A DNA stretch of 63,473 nucleotides, counting the filler, from Octopus bimaculoides (Eukaryota): assembly GCF_001194135.2 (NCBI RefSeq). It is 4 parts of 4 records of this genome, joined end to end, with 100 filler letters (N's around TTAATTAATTAA, not from the genome) between each part and the next. Parts side by side here need not be neighbours in the genome. Positions count along the whole stretch, not along the records: positions 1 to 30,933 come from NC_068981.1; 3 more parts are not named here. One strand, written 5' to 3'. Below the pieces are notes generated by a model. The model ran no database searches, had not been told where the DNA came from, and was given only the letters and a program-made list of their open reading frames with translations. A program made the translations under genes and the position numbers. Of this stretch, positions 11,328 through 24,036 are shown one piece after another. Every line of letters begins with the position of its first letter. Positions within the stretch are counted from its first letter, which is position 1.

Positions 11328-13891
11328 ATACATAACATGTTGTGATGCTGCACATGGGTGTCGCCATTCATACTTGAATATCACTCTGTGTGGCATGGGC
11401 TCCTCGGCCTGTCGTGATCAGGGTAACATATTGTACCAAAATGCCGCTTCCAGTGGTGAGATGCATCCCCTCTCCGCCTTGGCTTTGATCGTGCGATGGT
11501 GTCTTTCCACGATCTCATTTCCACTCGGCCTGTATGCCGCTCTGAAGAAGAGGTGCATATTTCACTTATCGAGCATCTACTTCAGCATCTCCGAACGAAA
11601 TGCAGTGCTGTTGTTCATCGGCAATTCGTCCACAGGACCCCACTCCAGGAATATCTTGTTCAGGATACATGCAACCTCATCCGCAGAACCCGTCTTAATT
11701 TCCATCCATATCGCCATCCGACTTGGTCCGCAGTCGACCATCGAGAGATATATCCCCTGCCGTTAGTGTGTCACATCCACTGCCAATCGTCTCCAGTTGT
11801 ACTCTACTGAGATATTTTCCGACTGGTGCACACCCGGAGCAGGGTCGATGGATTGACACTTTTCACAGCTCCCAACGACTTTTTGAATGCTCTGCCTTAC
11901 TAGCAAGATACAGGATTCTATCCACGTCCATATGATGCATGGTATGCAATCTCCTTAGTTCCTAGCCGATACACCGCGGCTATCTTCCGGAATCGCCAAC
12001 CAGGCCTTTTTGACCCTGGTTAGAACGTCTGCCTTACTCCTTTCTGAGGGCACAAAGACCACGCTCAGCTTCAAACCAAATTCGGCAGCTAGCTCTCCCA
12101 GAACCCCTAGGCGGCGCTTTACTAACATCTCTGCATGCCCTTTCGTTCGAACCCTTCTTTCATTGGTGATCACTGTTCCCACCCATCCAAACACAGTAGC
12201 CGAATTGGTTCGGATTTCGATAGAGCGCAGCCCCCATTTATCCACTTCAGGGCTAGGTTTACCCCCTTCGCTTTTCACTTTTCCTTCCACGGAATTAGGA
12301 TACCCTTCTTGATCAATCTCTCTTCAAACTCGCTCTTAGCATCTCTCTTCAAAGTATGCTGATAACAGCTTAGCTTATTTCTCAGCATTGGGGGTTCCCC
12401 TTTCCAGCGCTACTCAACTGTGCACCGCAGACCGTCGAACAACACCTGAAAATCTTTATCTTCAATGATGTAAGCATTACAATCCTCCTCGAGGCTCTTC
12501 CCACTCTCTTGTTGCAGACTCAGCGCATGATGCCCCTGCACCACCAAATGAAACCTTGTCTCCAGTAACAATGACTCCTCTTAGGCGGTTGATCGCGTTC
12601 ATGCCCATCGCCACATCAATTCCACCTACCACATGATCGATCACAATTATCCACAACCTTAGTGTTGTGCCCCACATCGCCATCTCCACTTCGCTGCTAG
12701 CCTTACATTCAATTTCGCTGCCGTCGACCGCCCTAACACTACTCGTCCCTTCCACATTTTGTTGTACAGCCCGTATCCACGAGGGCTTTGAACGCCTTTC
12801 CTCCAACCAGGACTTCAACTATAGGCAGCGACTGCACGGGAGCCTCTACTTGCTCACAGGGAAATTTGAGAGGCAGCAACTTCCCCGTAGCTTTTTCAAT
12901 GGCTGCAGTTTCAAGCGATATCCTCTGTCCGCTTGCACCCGTAGCAAATGAATTTGGGCTTCTTCTCTGCGCAGTCTCTTGCCATGTGCAGTCGCTGGAA
13001 CTTGAAACACCGGCCCGTAAACGGTCGCTGCCGCCCCACAGCAGCTTTTCTCTCCTCATTCTTCGTCGATTGTCGCATGACGTCGTGGACGTCCGCAGCT
13101 GCCATTGCCATTGCATTCCGCCTGGTGTTTTGTGTCGACACACGGGCTTGAGCAATGAATTCGCTCATCACCATTTTCTCGCTGCCAGGCAGTTGCTGCA
13201 GACGCACCGATATGTCGTCAGGTAAACCATTTACGAAAGCCAACCGTACCGCCTTTTCTAGTCTCTCTCCGGTAAAACCAGATAGCGTAGCCAGCCTCCG
13301 AAGATCTGCTGCTGCATACACGTTCACCTATTCTGTCTACTTGACCTTTCCTAGCTTGGCAATGCAGCGTACGATCCTTCTGTAAAGGCTTCCTTTAGGT
13401 GCTGCTCAATTTTCTTTGCATCCAGTTGGTTTGTTTCATCCATTTCGAGGTACAGCGCCAACGTGTTTCCCTTTAGATACAGAGTCATGAGACCTGCTAC
13501 ATTTTCAATGCTTTGCGGCCTCGCCACCACCTTGGTCTTATCCGATAACATCTCCGTCTTCACAGAAGTGTCTGAGGGCATCGCTAGAGATTCTTATTTT
13601 TGCTGTGCCGAAATAGTTTGTAATATCAAGAACACCTCTAAGTGTCGGCTGTCCAACTAGATTAAATCCAAGATGCCTCTTGTAGTCTAACCTATCGCTA
13701 GAACCTACGGCAAATTCTCTTTCTAGCCCGCACGTCTACAGTCGTCCGTCCGCTCCAACTGCCAGAAGCCAATGAGACCCACGCTGGTCCTATTTCCGCC
13801 CACTTCCCCTCACTCACTCTTCCTCTTCCGGTAGGGCTTCTCAGCCATTGATATCATTGACCTTTTCCTCCAAGTTCATCTTATCTCCACA
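11328..13891 (-). mobile_element. Gypsy LTR retrotransposon 2: 5' LTR, gag, protease, RT almost entirely deleted, RNase H C-terminus, integrase; no 3' LTR
   Basis: gag (LMTLYLKGNTLALYLEM; YAAADLRRLATLSG; CCHC-like CFKFQRLHMARDC), protease ALVDTGCT, RNase H KGVNLALKWGLRSIEIRTNSATV...SKADVLTR, integrase CEKCQSIDPAP...NWRRLAVDVTH...LSMVDCGPSR. Confidence 0.9.
13619..13891 (-). repeat. 5' LTR of Gypsy element 2 (273 bp)
   Basis: On the minus strand it begins TGTGGAGATAAG and ends GATATTACA (TG...CA termini), about 40 bp upstream of the gag ATG, and abuts a (CA)n tract. Confidence 0.65.
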
Positions 13892-13902
13892 ACACACACA
13901 AG

Positions 13903-13946
<44 letters not shown>

Positions 13947-14751
13947 AATATATTACAGTATAATATAATCTAGGTAATAACCTCATAACGTGCGTTTAAA
14001 GGCTCCTATACAATTATCAGCTAGCACATGTCATTTTACAGCAGGATATATAATCCAAGGCTTGATAAACATGTGGTAACACCAGTATTGTATAGGATTA
14101 ATGTGAGAATAATATAACACGAAGATAGAAAATAGCAGGCTTTAATAGCAAACTGCAACATTTGTTTCTGTACTGGACACCTGCTTTACGTTGCTGAGTT
14201 TACATTTATATATCATTATATTTGATTTTTGTTTAGAATTACTTTATAATCATTTTTCATCAATATCTGTGTGTTAGGGCTTCCTCAGGTAAAATGCAAT
14301 CAAACGTGATTTCTTTCAGTTTCTTCAGATATACCATGTTTATTACTCTCCAGCAATCAGTTCATTAGATTACGAGCGGCATGTATTATAGTTGTGACAC
14401 AAAAACAAATACAAAAGTAATATCATAATTATAGTCCCAACAACAATAACAATAACAGAATAAAGGCGACCTTAATGATACTGACAATAATAAAAATAAT
14501 AACAAAACAAAACCTATTTAAGTATTAGTGATAATAACATAAATAAAAATGTAATAAAATAAAACTGAAGAAGGCTTTTACCAAGCAGTAGACGAAGTGT
14601 GTAGACGAAGGGTTAAAATAAAATGAATAAATATTTTTACAAAGGATTTTTTTCATTACTCTAAAATTTTGAATTATCTATTATCTTTATGCTTTCCGCC
14701 CCACCCCTTTCATTTTTGTTTGTTTAAGTAACCTTTACAGACTCCACTGTT

Positions 14752-15131
14752 GGAGGCGCAATGGCCCAGTGGTTAGGGCAGCGGACTCGCGGTCATAGGA
14801 TCGCAGTTTCGATTCCCAGACCGGGCGTTGTGAGTGTTTATTGAGCAAAAACACCTAAAGCTCCACGAGGCTCCGGCTGGGGATGGTGGCGAACCCTGCT
14901 GTGCTCTTCCACCACAACTTTCTCTCACTCTTACTTCCTGTTTCTGTTGTGCCTGTAATTCAAAAGGTCAGCCTTGTCACACTGAATATCCCCGAGAACT
15001 ACGTTAAGGGTACACGTGTCTGTGGAGTGCTCAGCCACTTGCACGTTAATTTCACGAGCAGGCTGTTCCGCTGATCGGATCAACTGAAACCCTCGACGTC
15101 GTAAGCGACGGAGTGCCAACAACAACAACAA
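14752..15131 (+). mobile_element. SINE family C, full length (tRNA-derived head, (CAA)n tail)
   Basis: GGAGGCGCAATGGCCCAGTGGTTAGGGCAGCGGACTC...GTTTCGATTCCC with A and B boxes. Ends GACGGAGTGCCAACAACAAC. Near-identical to copies at 33841 and 45660. Confidence 0.92.
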
Positions 15132-15639
15132 ACTTCACTGGCCATTAGCTACTAGACTACAAACTTAATCATTCTTTCCTATATTTTATACATATTTTTA
15201 CTTATGCTTTTTAAACATACTTATCTCACATTATACCTTTACAAATTCTCAAACCTACATACACACTAATACTTGTACATACTCCTATTCTTAAGTTTTC
15301 TCTTACTTAATCATTAGCTTTTTTACTGCCGATGTGTATTTATTAAATCCACAACTAGAGAAAACAAAAAGACTATCTTATTTTAGCTGTGCTTTCAAGC
15401 AAAAGCCTAAATTTCTCTTTAGCTCATTGTCGTCACATGATTTTACTGTTTTCAGATTTTTGTGATCATCTCAATTCAAACATAAATGACAATTCTAATC
15501 TGTTATGTAGATGCATCAGCTTACATTATATTTTTGATATATTAAAATATTAAATTATCAGGTGTCCAGTGCCTGCTATTTTCCATCTTGTTATATTATT
15601 CTCATAACAAGCACGCACGAACGCACACACGCACGCATG

Positions 15640-15674
<35 letters not shown>

Positions 15675-15769
15675 CCTACCATTTACCATAAGTGTTTTAC
15701 CTATTTCCAACGCAAAAGATTAGTAGGATTTTCAATGTAAAATTGATCACAATTCAGTTTCTATTTACT

Positions 15770-16142
15770 TTTCTTCTTATTTCTTTTACTTGTTTCAATC
15801 ATTTGACTGCGGCCATCCTGGAGCACTGCCTTTAGTCAAACAAATCGACCCCAGGACTTATTCATTGTAAGCCTAGTGCTTATTCTATCGGTTACTTATG
15901 CCGAAGCGCTAAGTTACAGAGACAAACACGCCAACATCGGTTGTCACTCGATGGTGGAGGGACAAACACAGACACACAAATATATATATATACTGCGGGC
16001 TTCTTTCAGTTTCCGTCTATCACATCCACTCATAAGGCTTTGGTCGGCCCGAAGCTATAGCAGAAGACATTTGCCTAAGGTGCCACTCAGTGAGATTGAA
16101 CCAGGAACCATGTGGATAGGAAGGAAGCTTCTTACCTGCGCC
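15770..16142 (-). mobile_element. SINE family B, near full length
   Basis: Reverse-complement match to the family B tail (TTGACTGCGGCCATCCTGGAGCAC), body and tRNA-like head. Confidence 0.88.
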
Positions 16143-16208
16143 TAATCATTTTGTTTCAGTTGTGTTATTAAAACCATCAGGAAATACATGATCATTACCG
16201 TTATTATA

Positions 16209-16335
16209 ATTTCTGGTATAAGCACAGGACCAAGATTAGGAAGAGGCTTAACTCGACCTAGTATTCTATCGACCGCGAAAACAGGAAAGATTAAGGTGGT
16301 CTGCTTGGGATTCAAATTCAGGACGGAAAGAAATA
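16209..16335 (-). mobile_element. SINE family A, heavily decayed fragment
   Basis: Weak reverse-complement similarity (ATCGACCGCGAAA...GATTCAAATTCAGGACG). Confidence 0.4.
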
Positions 16336-16382
16336 TCATTATGATAATAAGTCACAGAGCAATAAAGCAATTATTTTTATTT

Positions 16383-18600
16383 TATTGTGTTGGCGGCCAA
16401 AACGTTCATTCGGTATTCTTTAAAACGAAAATAAGGTACATGTTTTAAACCCAAAGTGAGTGTTCAATAAATGATTTAATTTATCATTTTGTTCCAGTAT
16501 CTTTTATCATCTTGTAGGCAGTCTATTATTCTCTCATCAAAGAATTGCCTGTCTTTACTGGCGAAAAATTCTTGCAGGTGAATTTTTAAGTCCTGTTCAG
16601 AACAATAAATTTTGATGAGATCCAAACAAGAGGAAACCCGAAGACGCAAGGTCAGACGAATATGAAGGGTGCGACAAAACACCCCAGTAACTTCTGCCGC
16701 GTCTACAAAGAAGTGTGTCGTCTGGCATTGTTTTGAGGAAAAACAATACCCCTACGATTAGCAAGTGCTGGGCGCTTCTGGTGAATGCTTGCATTTAATT
16801 TGTCCAGCTTCTCACCGTACACATCCGAATTGATGGTCGTGTCCGTGGAAATCAAATTGAAAGGATAACCTTCTTTGAGTGAAGTTCTAGTTTTGGAGGT
16901 TGTTGGTAGTGGTGCGTTATGCTTCCCCCATGGTAATTTGGGTTTGCATTGTTACAGACGATCCATTTTTCATCCCCTGTCACCACTCTCTTCACAAAGG
17001 ATCGTTTTCTTCACTTTACCGCAGCGAATCGCAGATGGAAAAACGTTGGGTGAGGTTAGCCTCATGCATTTGATGTAGGACCCAAGTATTGAGCCTGCTG
17101 ATATAACCAAGTTAGTGTAGATGATTTTCAGCACTCGATTTGGATATATGGAGAATATCTGCGATCATCCCGGTCGTATAACGGGGGTTGGGTGGGGTTG
17201 GGTGGGGTTGGTGTTGACTAACTCCATTAGAAGTTAGTCGACATTCACTGTTAATTTCAGTTGGCCAACCGGAGCGAGGACCGAAAAGTTTCGAAAATTT
17301 GAAAACGTCTGCCGACATATACGTTCCGTGACAGCATCTGATTTTTTATTACCCATGCGGGCTAACATAGAGGGGACAATACAATGTGATTGGGGTCACA
17401 TACAATCGAATGATATAAGATTTTCATGTACAATGAAATCGAATGAATTACAACACAATAAATTACAAGCAATAAATTACAAACAATAAATCCCAAACAA
17501 TAAATCACAAAGAATAAATCACAAACCACAAATAAATCACACGATGAGGTGTTCAAAATAGGTATGCTCCGACCCTACGAACCTTGTCTTTAGCACCGAC
17601 ATGCGTGCTACACGCGTCCATCGTTTTTTAAATTCACTCTCTGACAAACACCTCTTTTCCAGCCCCACCTTCCTTTTCAAGTGAAAAGTGAACATTTTCA
17701 CGAGGGTGAGGCCGGAGACGCAGGTGTTTGTCACGATACCTTTCATTCTTGACTTCCATATCACCTCTCTCGCAATTGCTACTACTACGAGAAAACAATT
17801 CTTACCTTCTTTCGTCAAGAAATCCGGCGGATTAATTTTTACAATTGACTCAGACGATAGCTGTACTCTTCTTCCATCAGACAACAGTTGTTCCGCATAA
17901 ACCCATACTTCTGAAATACCCGGACACTGAACAATAGCGTTCAGGACGATTTCCACGCCCTGCCCACATCTTGGACAGGCCGTCGGCCCAGGGTGGCCGT
18001 GTCTCATGAGTTTATCCCGAACAGGTAGGGCTCCTCGGTAACACTGCCAGGCCAAAAACTTTTGGAAGTTATTCAGTGTCTTCGGCCCGAACGTTCTTCG
18101 GAACAGGCTGTCCAACTGGTTATCATCGAGACCCAGGGTCCTTCCCAGGGCATCGTCATTTCCAGCCTCTACCAACCCACTATAGAAAGCCGCGGTGGTA
18201 CCGAAACCGCTGGCATTGCCCGAGTTGCAGAGCTGGAGAAGTGCCTTGCGGCACTCCGTATACCAAGTACCCAACTTCGAAAGTTCCATGACAGCATCCT
18301 CTCTGCACACAACGCATATTTACCTGCAGGTTTACACCACTTTCTTGCCTTTTATTTTTTTTAAATAAAAAAGCATGAGGTGTCGATAATGTTTGTTTTG
18401 GTTCTTCATTTTCTGGGTGGTCCCAAGGACATAAAATACAACCTGTCTCGTCGTAAGTTCGCGTCGAACTACGTTAGTGTCTGAAGTGTGCATACGCAAG
18501 GTACATACTGAAGTTAGTTATTTATCACATTGCTTGAAGTTTAATATTGGGGTGTGGGTGGGGGTGGGAACAAACGAAGGAACTTTGGGCCAATCCAATA
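16383..18600 (-). mobile_element. Mariner (Tc1/mariner) DNA transposon, decayed, split by a LINE insertion
   Basis: Imperfect TIRs with TA ends (TATTGTGTTGGCGGCCAAAACGTTCATTCG; reverse complement of right end TATTGGATTGGCCCAAAGTTCCTTCG). N-terminus MKNQNKHYRHLMLFY...CREDAV from about 18409; FGPRSGWP (cf. PRSGRP); HPSYSSDLASSGFLLF (cf. HPPYSPDLAPSDFHLF). Confidence 0.88.
17339..18282 (-). mobile_element. Tx1/L1-clade LINE 3' fragment inserted in the mariner transposase
   Basis: ORF2 C-terminus AWQCYRGALPVRDKL...CPRCGQ...QCP...KKRWTRVARM, homologous to 6581-6766. 3' UTR with AATAAA. 16-bp TSD GTTCC(G/A)TGACAGCATC at 17323-17338 and 18283-18298. Confidence 0.92.
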
Positions 18601-19819
18601 AAATCTTTGTATCGCTGAAAATATAAGAACCAATACTGTCATCAACATTGACAATCATTAATGTGACATAAAACAAGAGAATATTCATGAAAATAATGTA
18701 AACAATCCTTCATTACTTGTAACTTCTCTTAAAATGACACATGAAATATTATTTCATCTCAATCACTAACCTTATCATAATTTGCATCTACATGATCAGT
18801 AGAAATAAAATAGTCGATACTGTCAATCTATCGGCACAGGTAATAGAAAATCTATTTCCTTTCCTCGCTCGCTAATACATATTACTTATCTACCGACCAT
18901 TAAATATTAAATATAGATTTCATTGTAACTGCATAACATTACTTACTTGCTATACTGACTAAAGAGGCTGAAGTGATTGTTTATGCTGGTAAAGTGTAAC
19001 TGCCGCTCTTGTGAATTCGCACTATTGCGTGATGTTAAAGCAGATATTATGTATAGAATAGCGAATGTCTACGGAATTTTCATTAATGTTTAATCATCTG
19101 AGATTTTTTCTTCTGGTCTAGTTTGCTTTTACTCTCCAGATAATAAGTTGTAAAGAATTTCACACTAAACTTTGTTTTCATGTTAAATCTGACAATTGTA
19201 TATTTTTGATTGTCTTAATAGTGAATGTCTTCGCACCGAATGTGCTCGTAATATAAATATTTGTGGTAGATTGCTACTGCAGCTGCTTCGGATTATTAAT
19301 AGAAGAGGAAATTTTGTAACATCTTTGGGGATATCAACCAAATTCATTTCATCAGAGAAAACATCAAAAGCCGAAGACGTAGCTTGATAAATGGAAACAA
19401 GATGATAAAAATAAACTGGAGGAAAAAAAAATATGACCAATTATGGTATATAGGTAACTTTTGAGAACAGTGAGGATGATAATTTGAGTAAAAGTGGTTG
19501 TGAAACCCATGATAGAAAAGTGAATGTATTTCATTTAAATAGAAGGAAGACGTTAAGCATAATGGAAACTAACAATGATGTTACTGGAGAGGGTTTTCAA
19601 TGAATGATTCAATATTCTGCTGCATTCTTTTATTAATGTTTTATAGTGAACTGCGACAATGCTATTACTATTGACTGTATTATTCAGTTGCTTTTAAAAT
19701 TTCGTCCGATGCTCTTTGATACAATTTGAAAAGCATCCTAACGGTGTTACATTGTTCTCTTTATAAAGAATTGTTGAAAGCTATATCAAAATCTTAATTG
19801 AAAACTTACTTATTTTAAG

Positions 19820-20200
19820 AAGTGCTGAAAACTAAATGGAAATTCCAGGCAAAATATCACAACAAAAAATTAATTTCATAATAAAATTACGGATTAAATA
19901 CAGCTCTAAACGTTATCGGTCAATCTTGGGATTGCCTCCTGAGAAAGCTCCCTAAACGACATCGAGTGTTAGAAAATGTGGCTGTCCTAGTCTAGATGAA
20001 ACAACTCACCTCGAGATCATCGAGAATAAAAGATATCGATATTTTTCCATTGTTGTGGCTCCTCGGTGACGTGTATTTGAAACACATCGAAATGAAAAGA
20101 ATCGCTGGTCTGGGACTTACATGCAAATACTGTGAAGTCTATTTGCTGATGTGCTTCGGCGTAGCACATATAAAGGAAAATTATTTTACAAATTAAAGGC
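19820..20200 (+). pseudogene. Possible decayed piggyBac-type transposase C-terminus
   Basis: Ends TCKYCEVYLLMCFG...KENYF*, resembling the piggyBac CxxC-x-V-x-LC...NCF Cys-rich tail. Stops and frameshifts; no TTAA-bounded TIRs found. Confidence 0.35.
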
Positions 20201-23200
20201 CACTCAAAACACATACACTATGTATGTGCGACCGATAATTTCATAAAATTTATTCGCATAAATATACACGTGTATATTTGGATGGGATGTGTGATGACGA
20301 TGTCATATAGGAAAACACCATTGTTTTTCCTTTTTTTTTTCCAATAACAGAAATCATATTTATATCACTTTCCAAAAATGACCATAATATCCTTTAAAAA
20401 ATTATGCACATATTGTCTTTGAAATCTGATTTAACAGAAATGACTTCTATAGTTTTCGTTTAACACTTCTGTATAACACAAAAAATACATTGTAAAAAAA
20501 ATAATCAATAATTTTTGCAACTTGGATAAGCAACTGACACATATTTATTTACGGCATCAATAACTTTAAAAAAATTAATTCTACACAAAATTATATTACA
20601 TTGCAGATAGTAGAATAATTTCATCAACTAGAATGTGTAGTTGTCATGGCCGAAATTCAATCATTCTTCTGTTCTTCGTATCTAGGTAGATTTATTTTGA
20701 AAAGATATGTTTGATTTGTGTTTTTCGTAGAGGTTCGGATTCAGAACAGTATTTTAGTTAGTCCTGCGGCTTTTACTGCTGTTAGAGGTTATATAGATAT
20801 TACATTTGCAAGACTAAATAGATGATGTTCATTCTGGCCAAATGTAAGAAATTCTGCAAGCATCCTTCCTCACAAACATTCTTGCTTTCCCCACAAACTC
20901 TTTAGAAAATGAATATTATCTGCCAGATAAGCACTACCTATATTACAACTGCTTAACCATTAATGACAAGACAATTTTGATATAAATAAATATGTGAATA
21001 AATTTAAATTCTAACATTGGTAAAAAGCCCTAAATTATTTGGGGAAAAAGCACCCCATGTACTCGACAAACACTTTAACGAAAGGCTACTGGCAATATTA
21101 ATATCGGTGAAGTTTAAACTCAAATATGTGAAAATTATATTGATACAATAACTTTGATAGCTGATCGAATCGATCCTAATGCGTGTATTTATTTTGTCAA
21201 CTCCTGGAGTGATGAAAGGAAAATCTACTTTGGTGATACGAAAAGGGAATGTTATTCAATACTGCAATATATTTAGTTTGGCATTCTACCATTTTTGCGC
21301 ACTACATCACAAATTATGGGAACTACTGGTGGTGGGCGTTATGGATTAAAATATATAATCAATTCTCTTATGGCTGGAGAAAGATAGAGTATACTCAATT
21401 AAACACAGAAAAAGAGAAAGATGGAGTATACTAAATTAAACCGAGGCTACTACAGTATTGATCTACCACGAACAGCTTCAAACGACAATACAAACGGAAA
21501 TTGTCTGGGTCACCAACATGAAACAAACACTTGCATTTATTCTATCATTGATATGATTTGAGCCAAAATAATAAAAATTTTAGTAGCTGGTTTAAAATAC
21601 AATCAAATTCTTAACTAATTTTTTTCACTTCAATTTACGGTATCAATATACCTAAAAAAAGTGAGGCTGATAGTTTCACTTTATCTCGTTTGCCCATTCC
21701 ACCCCTTTTGAATTAAAAGCATGTATCTAAGTCATTTAGAGAATACATTTATATATATCCTTTGTAAATGTAATCAACACGGTCAATGGTTGGTTTATCC
21801 TAATTAGATGCCTATGTTAAATAGTATCCTTGCAAGTTTTATTCAATATAGGATTTGGATTCAACACTGAAGAAAAACTTTTGTCAGTCATAAAGCATTC
21901 TTTTACGCAGCACTTCCATTGCTTGCTACAAATTGCTGCACTTTACTATGGTATTATTTGTGATAAAGAGTATACCTTCTATAAACATAACAGAACTCAG
22001 TGACAAGCTGTTAAGTACCGACACTTCACTCGGTAGATCATCAATCTAATTAGTTGGCTAGTAATGATTCCCTTACTTACATAGAAAATCAATAAGGTTT
22101 CATTTCAAAGTTAAAGTCCTTAATACTCTTGAAAAAATACAGATGCCATAGAATCTCATTTCCTTTGTTATAAATTTAGTTGAATGAAAATTATAGAAAT
22201 CTCGATATGGTTTTTTACCAGAGATTAGAACCGTTATAGAATTATCTTTAGGAACAGTTAATTACTGAAGCTATTTACAAGGAAAATTAAAACTTTATGA
22301 AAAGCTGTTATGTATTATAAAATATAGCAACATACTCCATTCTTAAGAGTCGTCGTGTATACAAGTTGACTGAAAATAGATTGATTCACAAAATTATGTT
22401 CGTCTCTGGTCATTTTTTAAATCAAATTTAAATTTGGTTTTTAAAAAGTTACTTACAAAATTTATTCAAGTAAGAATTGGAATGACAGAGGTTTGTTTAT
22501 TATAATCAACTTTTGATATCAAAAACACTATTAAGAACATTTTATGAACTGCTTAAACTTTGGTATTTGACTTATTATTTTTTCACATTGGCTTTCTCGA
22601 TTAGTAGAAGAACATATTTGGAAGGGGAAAAAAAGATAAATAGTAGCTCGAATTGAGCCCAGAGGAGTTTGGACTTAACGCTTCTCTTTAATACATTTTG
22701 TGCACTGTTTCTTTAGCCATTACCATCACGCTTACTCATTTTCATATTAATGGCAGTTTTAAAATAGCATGAGAGAGGAGAAATATAGTGGGGAAATGAG
22801 GTGGATTGTAAATGTATATTGTACTGAATTTAATCTACTTTAACATGATAGATGTGCTCTTCAAAGAAGAAAAACAGGGAACGATTTCTGAACATAATAC
22901 AGACATTATCAGATAACTATAGTTAGTTTTATCTTGAAGGTGTAAACAATGGAAATGTATGTGAAGAAGTGAGGTCAAAAGGTAATGTGAAGCGGCAAAG
23001 ATTAAATTCATTGAAAGAGCATATGAATAAATTCGATAAAATCGAGCTATAGAAACATAAAAGAAAGGCTGAGAGTGGTTTGAATGTCGGAATACTGTCG
23101 ACACTATGTAGACATGCAACAAACAGATAAAAGTTTAAAGACTTCACGCCTAATCGTAAGTCCATTTGAATGGATGGCCTTTCGACAGCGAATGCAAACA

Positions 23201-23918
23201 ATAAGACGATAACGAAGAGATGTGGCTGCAACGGTGATGAAGGAGCGGTGGGAATAGAGAGAACAAAAAGATTTGGGAAAATTTCAAATAAAGAAATAAG
23301 TTGATAAGGAATTACTATAGGAATTCTCCTGAATAAATCTGATATTGATGCTAAGAAGGAATTATTAACATGTTTTGTAACATTTCCTACAGGTTCGCGG
23401 ATCGGTGAATACTTTTGCCGTATAATTCTAGTAGATGTTCGATTATTTCAATCTTTTTTTTATGAAGCATTTCACTTTCTTTAGCATTAAAACTAACATT
23501 TTATGTTACTGAATGTTCTGTACTTTGTAATCAGTTTTGTTGCAGTTAAAATATAGAATGATTGATCTCACCGACCAAAAGTCTCCAAAATATGACATGT
23601 GCAAAGAAAGTGGTGTGGAATCAAGATGGTGAAACAAAATAATTAGATATCAAATATCAAGCGGGACTTACACGTTCAGATAACATTAATTCACCATTGC
23701 TCCACCGATTTCTTACTGCATATTGATTTGTCACGGCTTTTGTTAGATTTTAATATTATTTGATTTCTGTTTATTCAGCTTCTCCATCATAAGAAAATCA
23801 TTTATGAACTTAAGAAAAGTTGTCAAAATATGGAAGTACTTAAGTATTTTCGATGACACTATATGTATATATATTTTTTCAAGTCTTTGTAATATTTCAG
23901 CAATTATTGCAAAAGTCC

Positions 23919-24036
23919 TAAAGCACCATAAAAGCGGTTTCTTTTCTTGAATAGCACCATAAAAGCACCTAAAAGCACCATAAAGCACCTAAAAGCACCT
24001 AAAAGCACCATGAAGCGGTTTCTTTTCTTGAATAGC
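23919..24036. repeat. Short tandem array of AAAGCACC(A)T units with a duplicated AGCGGTTTCTTTTCTTGAATAGC block
   Basis: Directly visible: about 7 units of 10-11 bp plus two copies of the 23-bp block. Confidence 0.85.

Noticed and set aside
14752-14825. tRNA gene
   Set aside because: It has A and B boxes but no complete cloverleaf, and continues into a SINE body present three times in the window.
17537-18310. 257-aa ORF as an independent gene
   Set aside because: The first residues (CREDAVME) are mariner transposase and TSD; the rest is the C-terminus of a 5'-truncated Tx1-type ORF2.
19139-19600. Spliced cellular exons
   Set aside because: An acceptor-like site exists, but every frame is broken by stops and no family is recognisable. 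It may be part of the piggyBac-like relic.
21177-21350. P-loop or thymidine-kinase-like motif (PGVMKGKST)
   Set aside because: Spacing does not fit GxxxxGK[ST], the ORF is under 60 aa, and no downstream motifs are present.
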